In this document: one piece after another, positions 1-11,740 of the stretch
Layout of the letters: each line of letters begins with the position of its first letter
Position numbering within the stretch: position 1 is the stretch's first letter
Source: Klebsormidium nitens
Taxonomy: Eukaryota; Plantae; Klebsormidiophyceae
Assembly (NCBI GenBank): GCA_000708835.1
Contig: DF237235.1
Span: 47,934 to 111,933 of the forward strand
Direction of reading: 5' to 3'
Length of the DNA stretch: 64,000 bases
Program-made: the position numbers and the translations under genes
The notes under the pieces: model-generated
The model's database searches: none
What the model was told of the DNA's origin: nothing
What the model saw: the letters and a program-made list of their open reading frames with translations, nothing else

Positions 1-146
1 GTTCAGCGTGTAGTGCGCAAATTTGTCCCCAAAAGATCTGAACCGTGCAACGAGGATATGCATGCATCGAACGGCCTGGTTCTCAAGCATGGCACAAACC
101 AGACGGCCAGCTTTCTTATTCCTATTGGATAACACCGGGGTCTTAC

Positions 147-3100
147 TGTAGCGCAGAGGAAGGCCGGGACGAGCCCCGCTTCGAGGTCTTTCTTGACGGC
201 CTCCTCGAAGACCGCGGGGTCGATCGCGAAGTTGGTGTCAAAGCTGGTCTTCAGGAAGCGCCAGTTCTTCTTCTCGATGCCGGCGACCTGCATTGACACC
301 AAGGTTCGGGTGCGAACTGATAGTCTGTGGGGCGGCAAGTAGCCAATCTCTCTTACACGGCCGAACGTCACGGTTTCGTCAGCAATGATCGGCAGGCCTC
401 CATGTACTAAAAGAAGCAAAAGCTGTGACACCATAGTGCCAGTGAACGAGGCGGGAAGACAATCTACAAAAGTGGACCCGTATGGCAGACAAAGCTGCCG
501 CTCGTCAATCTTAAAATGTGACTCCGACAACGCATGATCGGGTTTCCAGGAAGTAATACCGCGTGGACAGACTTTTCGGTCAGCTCGATGCCGTTGCCTT
601 CACGGAGGGCCTTCAATACGTGGCATTTTGAACAAGGTTCCACTGAGCGAGGTTGAACAGTCTAAACCAAATACTTCGGTTTGAGTCAGCCGTGATACAA
701 GTTACAAAACATCCGCTGATGTTGCTTCGAGATACAAGATTCCCAAGAGACTCCTCTTCAAAGAGCCGCTTGCCGAGGAGTTTGTCTATTGTGCATCCTC
801 ACCATGCACGCCTTTTGCACGCAAGAGTGCGCCTGGTCCGACGTATACACCACCAGCTTCGACAGGGCCTCCGACTGACTGATGTCCCCGCCTTGTGTCA
901 ACTTCGCCACCCACTTCTGGCGAGCCGCGAGAAGGGCGACCAAGACTGCCTCGCTGGCAGTCCCCTGGATCACTCCGCCCCCGGTTCCACCTGCCACCAT
1001 AATCCTATGATTTAACTTTCTAGATACGATTATAAGAGTCTACGGGGCAAAACAGAACTAAAAACCCAAACCGACAAATGTACCCGCTCCGCACCTGTAC
1101 CCACCCTTACCCCCAAAGTAATGCTGCCCGTCCCCTGGACCATGACCATATCCTACCTAGAATATCCTACCCCATCTACAGGTCTATCCTGCCACCAGGA
1201 GCAGACAGATTCGTTTGCATTAATTGCGGCTGGAATCGAATTGTGTTTGGGCAGCAGTGAACGAGTGACTTGCTTTCAAAAAAGATTCGAAAGTGCTTCA
1301 CCGAACCAGTGGCAGGTCTGTAAAGACAACTGCTCTCTTAGAGCTGCGGTCCCTTAAGTGCGCCGTCATAAGAGGTCAAAGAGCACTTGGTGAGGGTCAC
1401 GCACAGACGCAGTGAAGCTGACGGTAGACATAATTGACTCAAAGTGAGAGCTGCGGAGTCCCGATCGGATTCCCGGGCCTGACCACAGTCGTCTGGTTCT
1501 CATACATTTGCCACGCCCACTTTTATTTCTTTCGGAGACTTACCAACCGGCATCATTTCGATTCTTATCCACTTACGTGTACACATCCTCTTGACTTCAA
1601 CCTTTGTGTCTACGATATTTCTTCCTGAGTCCTTCATCACCTGCTCTTCAACAACCATCCAAATGCAGCACCGAAGGTCCCGAATCAGTCACTGGAGGAT
1701 TGCCAGGCTCAATAAGCAACGATATGCTCCTCGCTTGCGGCCGTGAAAACTATCTGTCACTTACCTGTATGCAGGAACGCCTCCGGGAGGTTCAGCAGCC
1801 GGCCCACCCAGTCCAGCATCAGCATCTCCAGCTCAGTCGCTGCCGGAGAAGCCAGCCAATGGAAACCGACGATGTTGATTGCGCCACTGAGCATCTCGCC
1901 TAGATAGCCCGCGGTGCTGCTGTTGGAGGGGAAGTAGGCGTAGAAGTTGGGGCTCTGCCAGTGGGTCACACCGGGGAGAATGTGGGAGCGCACGTCTGCA
2001 GAGGACGGGCCAGACAAATGATGGAATTCTTTCCATTCCTGGTGCTTTGCCATCTTGTTTAAGAGCTGGCTATATCAGTGACCGAATACGCATCTTCCAG
2101 ATTTGTCGACAGAGAGAAAGTTCCTCTGATGAGCTGGCTTAATCTCTTCAAAGGGATTCGTGGCTGTGAATCGGTCTCGTTTGCGATTGCCTCACAAGCA
2201 GCTTGCTTTCGTAGTGAAGATCCCTGTTCCTGTCTTTGTTATTACTGCTTGAGAGCCGAATTCAAATCAAACTGGCCCAAAAAGGCACTCATTGAGAAAT
2301 CGCTATTCAGGATGGGACGAGCCAATAGCTATCGAGATGATGATGGCAGGAAGTCTTATGGGAATTATATCTGCCAATGTGATTGTTTAGATGACTTGAC
2401 AACCTCAATCTGATCTGCAGCCGGGTCAAAATTGAAAGATCAATCAAAAGGCTTGTGCCGCAGCATCCCAGGGCAATTGCTCATCGACAACAGGTACCAG
2501 AGATCCCCAAACAGGACTCTGTAGATTGGCTTCCAGACATTATCTCAGCAAAAACTGGAGTGATCCCCCAAGCACCTGGCCGCTGATGCCACACCACCAT
2601 GTGAAAATCCATCTATCCTGGTTACTTTGGTCTCATTCACAGTTCCTGAGGGTTCAAACTCACACCCCAGGCTTGAGTATCTTACATTCGTCAGATTCTG
2701 TGCACATTGATACAGGTAAGACTGAGAACCTTAACATTGCCATAGCGCTGCTTGCTGCACCACTTTCTCGTCGAGCAAAAGTGAGACTTTTCTGATCAGA
2801 ACACCTTAACAATCTGGGATCATGCCTCAAAACGCAACTGCCAATGACTGTCCAGGGAGCTTGCAGTAAGCCAAAGAAGACAGAAACGTGCTTGCCTTCC
2901 AGAATGCTGTCCAGTGATTCTGCTTGCTCAGGGGCGACATCTGGCAAAAGTGGGCGCAGGTAGCCAGGCTGTACAGAATGAGAGGGCCTTGATCAGCGCA
3001 CACTAAAAGTCTGGAGATCTCACTCATTAATATACCCAATTCTGCAGGACTGGGAGGCGACTTCTGGGTGACGGTCTCAAGGGTGGTTACAATGATTGAC

Positions 3101-3608
3101 ACATAGGACACTGAATCAAGCCACTTGGACTTAGAATCTTTCAACCATATTGCAGATATGATAGTCAATATGAAAATGTCTGATTTGCTACCAACTGAGC
3201 AACCTCCCATAGATCCTTGAGAAGCAGTCGCTCAATGGAATGCGGCACGCCAGAGGGAATCAAACCCAGAACTAATCCCTAAGCATGAAGCGGTCATCTC
3301 AAGGACAAGCTTGAGCTCACAGACAACCTAGCAAATCCGATTCAGACAGGGCCCCACGATCAGCATTCTGACTCTACTCAACCTGACCGGCTGCTTAGCA
3401 TTCTATCGCAAACTCAGAGCTTTCAACGTACCTTCACTTCGCTCCTGACAGGAAAAGATTCGATGCCTTTATAGTAGTCAGCTACAAAGTCCACCATCTG
3501 ATGCGCATGCCGCCGGAACTCCTCGGGGTCTAGCGGTTGCAACCCCGCCATGGCATTTGCAGCTGGAGCAGCCGAGGAGGTGCCGTTGGTCGTCCCTTCG
3601 GGCGCCAT
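147..3608 (-). CDS. TYDC: PLP-dependent aromatic L-amino-acid decarboxylase (tyrosine/DOPA/tryptophan decarboxylase family); 3' part runs off the window start
   Basis: Exons 3608-3432, 2968-2896, 1995-1765, 990-803, 287-147 join in frame (270 aa). Motifs: [99 protein letters not shown]. Intron 2 has a GC donor. The PLP lysine and substrate-specificity residues lie outside the window, so the substrate cannot be assigned. Confidence 0.93.
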
Positions 3609-3962
3609 TGCGTGATATTTCTATCAAGTAGCTCGAACAGCCATTGCAATTTTCAGCACCAGAACGCGCAGCTTGAATGGCATTAAGGAATTTGGCAGCC
3701 TCCGTTGGCGGCAGCAATTGCTACCTACCGTATGTCCAGTGCATTGTAAACGTATAGAAGGTCTTCCCGGTCCCTTCTATCCGGTTATCGGCTCCATGGT
3801 CCTTCTGGCACAAGATGTCGGGTAATAGCTGAGTGCTCCGCCTCTCGGATGTCACCGGGGCGCTTTCTTGGTCGAGCCCTCTTCCAAAGGAACCTTACCC
3901 AGTTCTTCGGAATCACCAGTAATTGCGGGTTGAGATGACCAGTCTCATGACAAGCATAGCTT

Positions 3963-4476
3963 ATGAGAAGTCGCCACAATTCTGCCTTTTGCCCCGAGTA
4001 CCTTCTCCCGACCACAACCCAGGTCCTTTACTTAGAACAGTTGCCAAGATTCTAATGCTCCAAATTTTCTTGCTCTCTGTCCATACGGTTGGCGGATGAT
4101 TCTAATCAGAATCGGTCTTTTCGTTTCGAAATGCGGTCTTTGGTTACCAGTTCTAAATATGTATCTTCAATCTTCGTCAAAGAATCTGGGGTTAACGACA
4201 GGAGAGTCTTGGAAGAATCTGGGGTTAACAACAGGAGAGTCTTGGAAGACAATAACGGCTGACTGGCTATGTTTCTCAACCGGGCTTACTGACCTAGAGT
4301 TTCTAGCGGAGATAGTATCAATTAATTTATTGCTAACATGACTCGGGAAATCACAACCCGAGCCTCTACAAGGGGGGTCGCAGGGTCATACCCTGGTGGT
4401 TTTTGCGGGCCTGAGAGGCCCCGACCCCCTCGACCGAGGTACGGGAAAAAAAAAAAAAAAAATGAGAAGTCGCCAC
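3963..4476 (+). mobile_element. Poly(A)-tailed non-LTR retroposed insertion (SINE-like or 5'-truncated LINE) with a 15-bp target-site duplication
   Basis: ATGAGAAGTCGCCAC occurs identically at 3963-3977 and 4462-4476. An A17 run (4446-4462) abuts the second copy. The 3' part (4342-4439) forms several GC-rich hairpins. No convincing ORF and no clear Pol III A/B box. Confidence 0.7.
4180..4249 (+). repeat. 33-bp tandem duplication inside the insertion
   Basis: AAGAATCTGGGGTTAAC(G/A)ACAGGAGAGTCTTGG twice (4180-4212, 4213-4245), with one mismatch. Confidence 0.9.
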
Positions 4477-5531
4477 GGCCGGAATTCCGCTATACCGGTA
4501 AACTGATTTACGGAATGGGGAGCAAGCGGACTCTAGGCGGAACACTAGGTAGCTAGAGCTGGCAACTATCAGACGCCGCCTCCGCGTGCAGCTATGATCA
4601 AGAAGTTCAGGTGCTGGTATTCCCCAAGTACATTGCTGAGCAGCTTTTGTGTTAGGAGAATGTAGTGTCGGTATGGTGTACGTACGAATGTTGGTAGGTG
4701 GAGTACACATGCTTTAGCACTACAAGAAGAAGCAAAAGAAACACACAACCACATATGTATGCATGCAGATGAGAAGCCTATGGCCTATTTGGCTACAGCG
4801 AGAACGAAAAGAGACCATCGAGTCCCCAACTCGAGGGTTGCACCTTCAGAACCACGCACTCACCAAGAACCACGTGCTCACGTTCCGGCCAGATCATCTG
4901 TATCAAAACCATCAGAGCAACTTCAAGCAACATGCTTTGATTCTCATGGGGGCCGGCCATGCCCACACTGGTGTCTTTATGCAAGGACATATCGTAGTCC
5001 TATACATCATTGAGGAGAGATGGCATTACCCATGACTGCCTTCAAATCATGGAAATGCACACCTACCTAAGTGGCACGTTCTTCACAGCACTTCTGAAGG
5101 AATTTTTCCTTGCCCTATTGCCCGTTGCTTCACTCATTGACTCGGAATGGGCACCGAGTCAATTGGGCAATGGACAACCCATTTCAAACACATGACCAGT
5201 AATCGCGATGTCATGAGCGGCACTACAAACTTCATTAAGGTTGATATCCTTGCAAGAGTCCGTCGCTGCTAGTACTTAGACCTGACCAAGCGCAGTGCTG
5301 ACAGTGTATGTCTTATAGAGAAATGTGAAAACATTGGAGGCGCGCAGGAAATACTTGAAATCGGTGATGCTAAGCAGGCACCGGAGGTCGGGCTTTATGA
5401 ACAGCAACGGGAATTCTTGCGGCACAATGGGCATAATTGGGCCCCACTAACTTGTTTTTAACTGATTTGCTTCTATCTGAACTCGTGGCAATTACCAATG
5501 CGGGGAAAATTGAAAAACCGGTTGACAGCAA

Positions 5532-7994
5532 TTAATGAAAGCGCTTCTTAAATTCATCGTATAAAACAAGGACCCATGCGGCACCTGTACTTCGCATAAC
5601 ACCTGACAACGCCCCTTTGTAAAAGCCACGAACCCCCTCGACGCGAAATATAGTCCGCCAACAGTCCAGCGTGCTTTTGTACATTGCATCTAGGTCTCCC
5701 GACTGCATCATCATCCTATGCCTAACTGTGTTGAACGGGTAGGCTACCAGACCTGAAGTGGTGCTCACCGCTTGTGCTATACCCCACTTCTTGTACAACG
5801 CCCCCGGTTCGTTGTCATCGATGTACAGATCCTTGAAAGAATCATACATGCCGAAGTACAAGGCCCGGTGTACGATGATCCCCTGGATCGAAGCCCCAAA
5901 GCCTTTGTATAAGCCCCGCAACCCGTCTGACCTATAAATCGTGCTAATCACATTTTTGACCCCCGAAAATTGGCGGCCCGCAGTGCCGTACCCAACATCC
6001 GCTGCAAGCCTGGTGTGAGCAAAGTCGAGCGGGTACGTGATGGAGAGCGCAGTCGCCCCCGCACCAGCCCCCGCCAAGAGGTTCGCCCCGAAGAATTTGT
6101 AGAAGTCGTTCTGCTTGTCATACTTCCCGAGAAGGTCCCGGTACAGGTCCCTGAAGGCGAAGTTGAGCTGCGAGGTCGGCACGTGCCGCATCATGTCGGC
6201 CCCGTTGCCCCGCCAGAGAGACAGAAACCCCTGCTCCCGGATGACCCGCCGCACGCAGTCAATGATGCCCGTGTACCGCTTGCCGGAGAGAAGCACCTGC
6301 CTGTTGCCGTCTTGCGTTTGGAGCAGGACTTTTACTCTGCAGAGAACGTCAGCTCGGTTGAGGCATAACGACACTGTTGCCGTCTTGTGTTTGGTGCTAT
6401 CAGCATGAATTGAGAATTGCCAAGAGCCTTGCTTCGCTTCAAGTGAACAACTGATTCTCTTATCCACAATTTCTTCTGATCGGTCTCTCTTACAACTGAA
6501 ACAACTGGAACAGTGGCCGTTCTGTGACGACAAGGTCAAGAAGGGCTGAAATACTCTGCGGTACTAAAGCTGCGAAAGCTTGAAAACCTATATGAGTCGC
6601 CTAGTTAGTGTACTAAAAAGATCCTTCTTCTCAATTAGGTCCGAAGGCGCATCCTTGCCGCAGAAAGTTCCGGAGACACGTTCAAATATCTGCCCATCGA
6701 GCAAAAATATTGCTCTGCAGACAGCGGAAAGTGCCAACAGTTTGTGGCAAGCGTCACTGCATATGTTGCCAACTTCCGATAGAGATTGTGGCAACCAATA
6801 TGGATCTCTTCCAGACTCCTCGGTTAGGTCTCATATTCGGCTCAAAAGCTCATAACGACTACTGACGGCGAGGACGCCAAAAGCGCCGGATGTTAATCGT
6901 GATCAAACAACGGCTGATGCTTGTAGTGGCAAAACGGATGTGACAGAACAGTCAATCTGCGGCGAACTACAACGGCCCTTCTACCTCGTTTCTTTTTCCA
7001 GCTCAAAGCAACTGGTGTCTCTCGATATGAGGGGCTATGACCGGGGGATTTTCACACCAACGGCTCAAGGAGTCCAATCACAACACCGCAGAAGCTCCAG
7101 GACTCAGAGAACAGAACTGCTTCCCAAACCGTGGGAGCTACAACCGAAAGTAGCAGCAAAGTAGAGCAAAGGACGAAGCGCATAATGAGAGAAGGTGGTC
7201 TTCAAAGGTTGCAAGAAGTAAAGGGGTCTTGCTTGCCAGCTTGAGGTACTGACGGTAGTCCTTGATTTGCAACTATGACGCAGGTCGAAGCTAGCAATAA
7301 GAAGGAAGGACTGCTCTCAACATCTACAAGCAACCAAAATACTATTCATGACAATTGCTGAATCGCAGCCGACTCATGCAAATGGGCAAGCGCTCCGTCA
7401 ATGCTGGCGTACTCGCAGTGACTACCAGTAAAAGCAGTCCATCTAGACAAATGCTGTCCAGGGGCTCAGCAGCCAGAGACCTGCTTCTTTAAGGACACGG
7501 CGCCATCACCACACCGATGCCTGCTACATTGTATGCTACCTTCCTGAATGCGCATGTCTTCCTTGCTGCACAGTGTATTGACAAAAGCTTGCTGGTGCTT
7601 GCTTGTTACAAGGATCGTCATCGAAATACATTCTGAACCCCTTGGGAAATTCTTTGCCGCCACTATGTCCGAAGCAGCTCAATTGAGCATGCCCAACGCC
7701 CGGCACTTGGAAAAGGAGGGTGTCCAAAATTTTCTCTTCGTACGGTCTGAATTAGAATTGATCTGGCAAAAGCTGCGCTTACCTTTCAATTGGAGCGACC
7801 GCAGTCTGCGTGATCCCCCCTGCCACTGCAGCCGCCAGCATGTCCAACGTGAAATGGGTCGCCGCCGCTTCTTGGATGGCCCACTTCTGCGCATTCCACC
7901 GTCCCGCGTCATCTTCCGGCGCTAGCGCCTCGCTGGAGTCCAATTGTCCTTCTCTTTGCCCACTTTCTGAAGGTGGGGACACATCGGGCGGCAT
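5532..7994 (-). CDS. PM-ANT1: Adenine nucleotide carrier of the mitochondrial carrier family, PM-ANT1 (At5g56450)-like
   Basis: Exons 7994-7783 and 6336-5532 (338 aa). Three carrier repeats: APIERVK, YPLDFAHTRLAAD, YPFNTVRHRMMMQSG. SLWRGNG, HRALYFG, MYKSTLDCW and GALSGVMRSTG resemble plant PM-ANT1 more than mitochondrial AAC (recalled, not aligned). Confidence 0.88.
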
Positions 7995-9123
7995 CTTCAA
8001 ACGTGTTTGACAGCTGCTGAGGTTTGGAGGTGAAGGGCGTCCTCAGGCATTTTACGAATGCAGGAAACCCAATCCTTGACGCAACCGTCCCAAGATGAGT
8101 GGCCCGCTTTCAAAGTACAAACTTACCCATCTCGAAACACATGCCACGTCCCAAAGAATGCATCCAACGTCGCATATCCGCATCAGTACTGCGAGCTGCT
8201 AGCGTCGTTTCTAGCAATGGCATACAGAAGACATCTTCTTTCTGCTGAACATTGAAGTTCCCAGGGCCAATGGCAAGGGCCAATGGGTGCGTGCATGCAT
8301 GATGTTTGATGCGGGCACGAGTCACGACCAGCTCCTCAAACCCTAATTTGAAGCACTTACTTGCATCAACGTCGAAGACTCTCTGAATTTGCGAATGTAA
8401 CGCGCTGCTTGGCGCCAAACTTGTCAAAGGTGCAAGATGACAGCATGATCCTGCTGTTGATGTCAGGCGTCAAAATACAAGGCCCAAGCGTTTAACTGCC
8501 AACCGACCGCGATGAGGTCTTCGAGGTTCAATTTTGGCGAAGCTCAATCTGCTGGCCCAGCTTGAATCAAACCGTACACATTGAGTGTGCACCATCCACA
8601 AGAAAGCAATCAGGTAGGAAGGAAAGGACTCCCTTCCACCCTGCTGAGGTTTCAGAATCAGGCAGCAAGGAGGAGGAGGAGGAGGCAGGAACTCGAAGGA
8701 GGCAGGAAGGAGAGGCAGAAAGTTCATTTCAGACATCTTTTCGTTAGCTAGGTATGCTGTCCAGAAGATTGAAAGGAATGGTGGTCTCACCTCCACACCT
8801 CTTATGAGTCAGCTCCTTTTTCAAGTCTGACCTGACCTTCTGAGTAAAGCTGGTATTCTTGCGGTGTATTGACTGCCTTAAACTTGCCCAAAATAGATTG
8901 TGGTGCAAGTTTTACGTTTCATTATGTACTGGAGAAATTGCTAGTCAGCATTCTATCTTCATTTCGTGAGAATTGGGCCAGGGCCAATTGGTGATTAGCA
9001 CACTTTGAGGGCGTGAGTGGGCCAAGAGGAGCAAGGCGCCTCAAACTAATTCTCTAAATTTTCAGTAAGTTGCACCGAATAATAGTGCACCACCCTTACT
9101 GATCGGTGGTGCTTGCTAGGGAC

Positions 9124-10475
9124 ATGTCGGAAGCGGAGGATCTCCCAAAGGCAAACGTGAAGAGAATAGTGGGTGCGAAGCTGACGGAGTTTCAAGAGCA
9201 GTTCGCGGCAGACGACAAGAAGGGGCGGGCAGTGCAAATCAACAAGGATGCACTGGAGGCCTTTGTCCAAAGCGCCAAGATCTTCATACACTACCTTTCA
9301 GCAACGTGAGCAGACACACTGAGATTCTCTGGTTGTAATGCGACTTAAAACAAGAATCAGAACACGCAGCCTCTTGGGTTGCTCATGCCGCCACTTGTTT
9401 TGGCTACTTTCACGAATGTAAGGGCTGAGAAACGATCTGCTTGCCGCCACCAGTGAGCGCCGACACGCCCCAGATTCACTTGTCAGATTTGAGTCCCATC
9501 CGATTCCTCTCAGGCAAGGGCGAAAGCTTTTTGCCGAAGCTTCATCACACTGCCCCACCGGAAAGGAGGCAAGCTTAGAGGCGATACTTCGTGTCCCAAT
9601 TCGCCGCGGGCAGTGACTGTATATGTCATATGTACTGAGCTTTGGGGTTGCTTCACATCCTCGCACCTTGGTGTAAAAGTGGTATGGATGTATGATTGAA
9701 GAGTTGCCAGGAATAAATCTTGAATGCAGATTCTGAGGGCCCAGTCAACAGTGATGGTTGACTGAAAAATGTCCAAGCATTATTACTGAAGTTTCCCTGC
9801 GCCATTATGCATTTGCGACAGTCTGTTATAAAAGCAGCTCCATCTTTTTCTCCTTACAGCGCGAACGAAATTTGTCAAGAAAGTCGACGGTCAACTGTCA
9901 ATGCGGAAGATGTGATAAAGGCCTTGGAGGAGATGGAGTTTGACGACTTGATAGAACCTCTGAAAGAAGCATTAGGCGGTAAGTTGCCCGCTTTCCATTG
10001 CTTCATAACTTGACGGACTCTTCGCAGGCCCCGGGAATCACTGCTTATACATCTGTCAGAGATGTTGTGCTCGTTTCATTCCCTCTGTAGGCTTCACTTA
10101 TTGCGGCAATAAGTGGCCATGTTCGAGAGGGGATGTTTAGTTGAAAGTCTTTCGAAATCTTGGGCAAGTCGGTATATGATCACGAAGTCGATTTCAGGCC
10201 CGATCTTTAAGCTGCATCAGGAGGTCAACGTTCTCAGTGCATTCCTCAATCCTGGTATTCGCCCCAGGCAAGGTGTTTACCAAAGGAACTTTTCTACAGT
10301 GCTTCGCATTGAAGCTCAAGCGCAAAAGGGCAAAAGAAAGGCTGCCCCAAAGAAACGGAAGCCTGCTGAGGAGCCAGCGGAAGGAGTACCAGTGGGTGAT
10401 CAAGAAGGGGAAGCAGAAGGTGCCCATGGGGAAGAGGGTGGTGATGAAGAAATGCAGGAAGATCAGGCAGGTTGA
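9124..10475 (+). CDS. DPB4: Histone-fold protein DPB4/POLE3/CHRAC17 (NF-YB-like), DNA polymerase epsilon subunit
   Basis: Exons 9124-9305, 9860-9978, 10300-10475 (158 aa). Motifs EDLPKANVKRIV, INKDALEAF..SAKIFIHYLSATANEIC and RRSTVNAEDVIKALEEMEF, then a basic and acidic tail. The exon 3 acceptor is the least certain part. Confidence 0.88.
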
Positions 10476-11740
10476 TACTGTCACTTCTGGGCTTCAAAGT
10501 CAATCCTTGCCAGTCTTGTTGAGATGTTGCAAGGCAAGGGTTTAAATCTTTAAAAAGGCCGTACATATGGTCGCAATGTTTATGGTCATACGTGCTTTCA
10601 GTGGCTCTAGAGCCACGGTTAAAGGGAATGTGCTGACGTTCCTTATTGATGGAAGGCACATGCAATCCAATCTTTATGGTGATTGTCACCATGCATATGA
10701 TTATATGGGTCTTGCACAGTATAGCTACGAGTATATAGCTATAATCATTAATGGGTTATGAAGCCTTATCACATGCATGCATATCAGTAAGGTGCCTCCT
10801 ACTCAGATGCAGCTAGCTTCGCTGATGGTCGTGCCAGACATCATTGAGATTTCGAGTGAAACACGCTTGTGCGTGAGATCAATGAAGTATAGGCATACAC
10901 GAATTGAAACTCAAGTCGCAGGGTGAAAGAACCGGGATCTACTTCCCACGTGTACACGGCTGCTGGATGTCTTATCTGTGCGCCTTTTCCGTTTGATCAT
11001 AAACCGATTTCTAGTAACAAGGGACAAACGACTGAAGACCAAGCATCGCGAACTTATATTTTCTAATGTCAAATCTATGTACAGAGTCTCTAAATATATC
11101 CAACAAATACTTCTAATCAGCAATTTCTACGATAGCAACCGCGGTTGCGACGAGCCAGGGGAATCAATCCCACGCTCAACTTTTCCGAAAGATGGCCCTC
11201 GACCTTCCAAAAACAAGTTCCGGAAAAGTCTACTAGCTATGCTCCACTAGCAAGCAATATGCTTTGCTGAATGCTTACAATCCAATCAAAATGTGCAAAC
11301 AATTTTGAATTGTTGGATGATCAGCTTCATCAAAACTTCACTTCCTTGGAACCAATTCGGGGACCCTGTATGCTGCCTTGCAATGGCACTGCACATGAAG
11401 AATCAGCCACCATTCAGAACCCAAAGAAGCTTGAAGGACAGTATCCAATGATGACCCAAAACAACTTCCCGAATTGTCACACAAAATTCAGACAATAGGT
11501 AAGGGTGTACTAGAAGCGTTCAATTGCGGTGGTGTAATCTGCATACTCGACCACAGCCAGCAAAATCCAAGCTCACTCTATCCAATCTCCAGATCATTGC
11601 CAAGCGACCACCAGATGAAGTGGCAGCCGGGGATGACACTGAAAATATGTAGATTGACGTATACTTCAGGTCTGGTCATCAACCATCACACACCGTACAA
11701 AGCAGGACCTGCAGTGTATCCAACCTTGGTAGTCGCTCAC

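Noticed and set aside
4342-4445. Cloverleaf-like fold suggesting a tRNA or other RNA gene
   Set aside because: No D-loop or TPsiC consensus and no A/B boxes; treated as the 3' end of the retroposed insertion.
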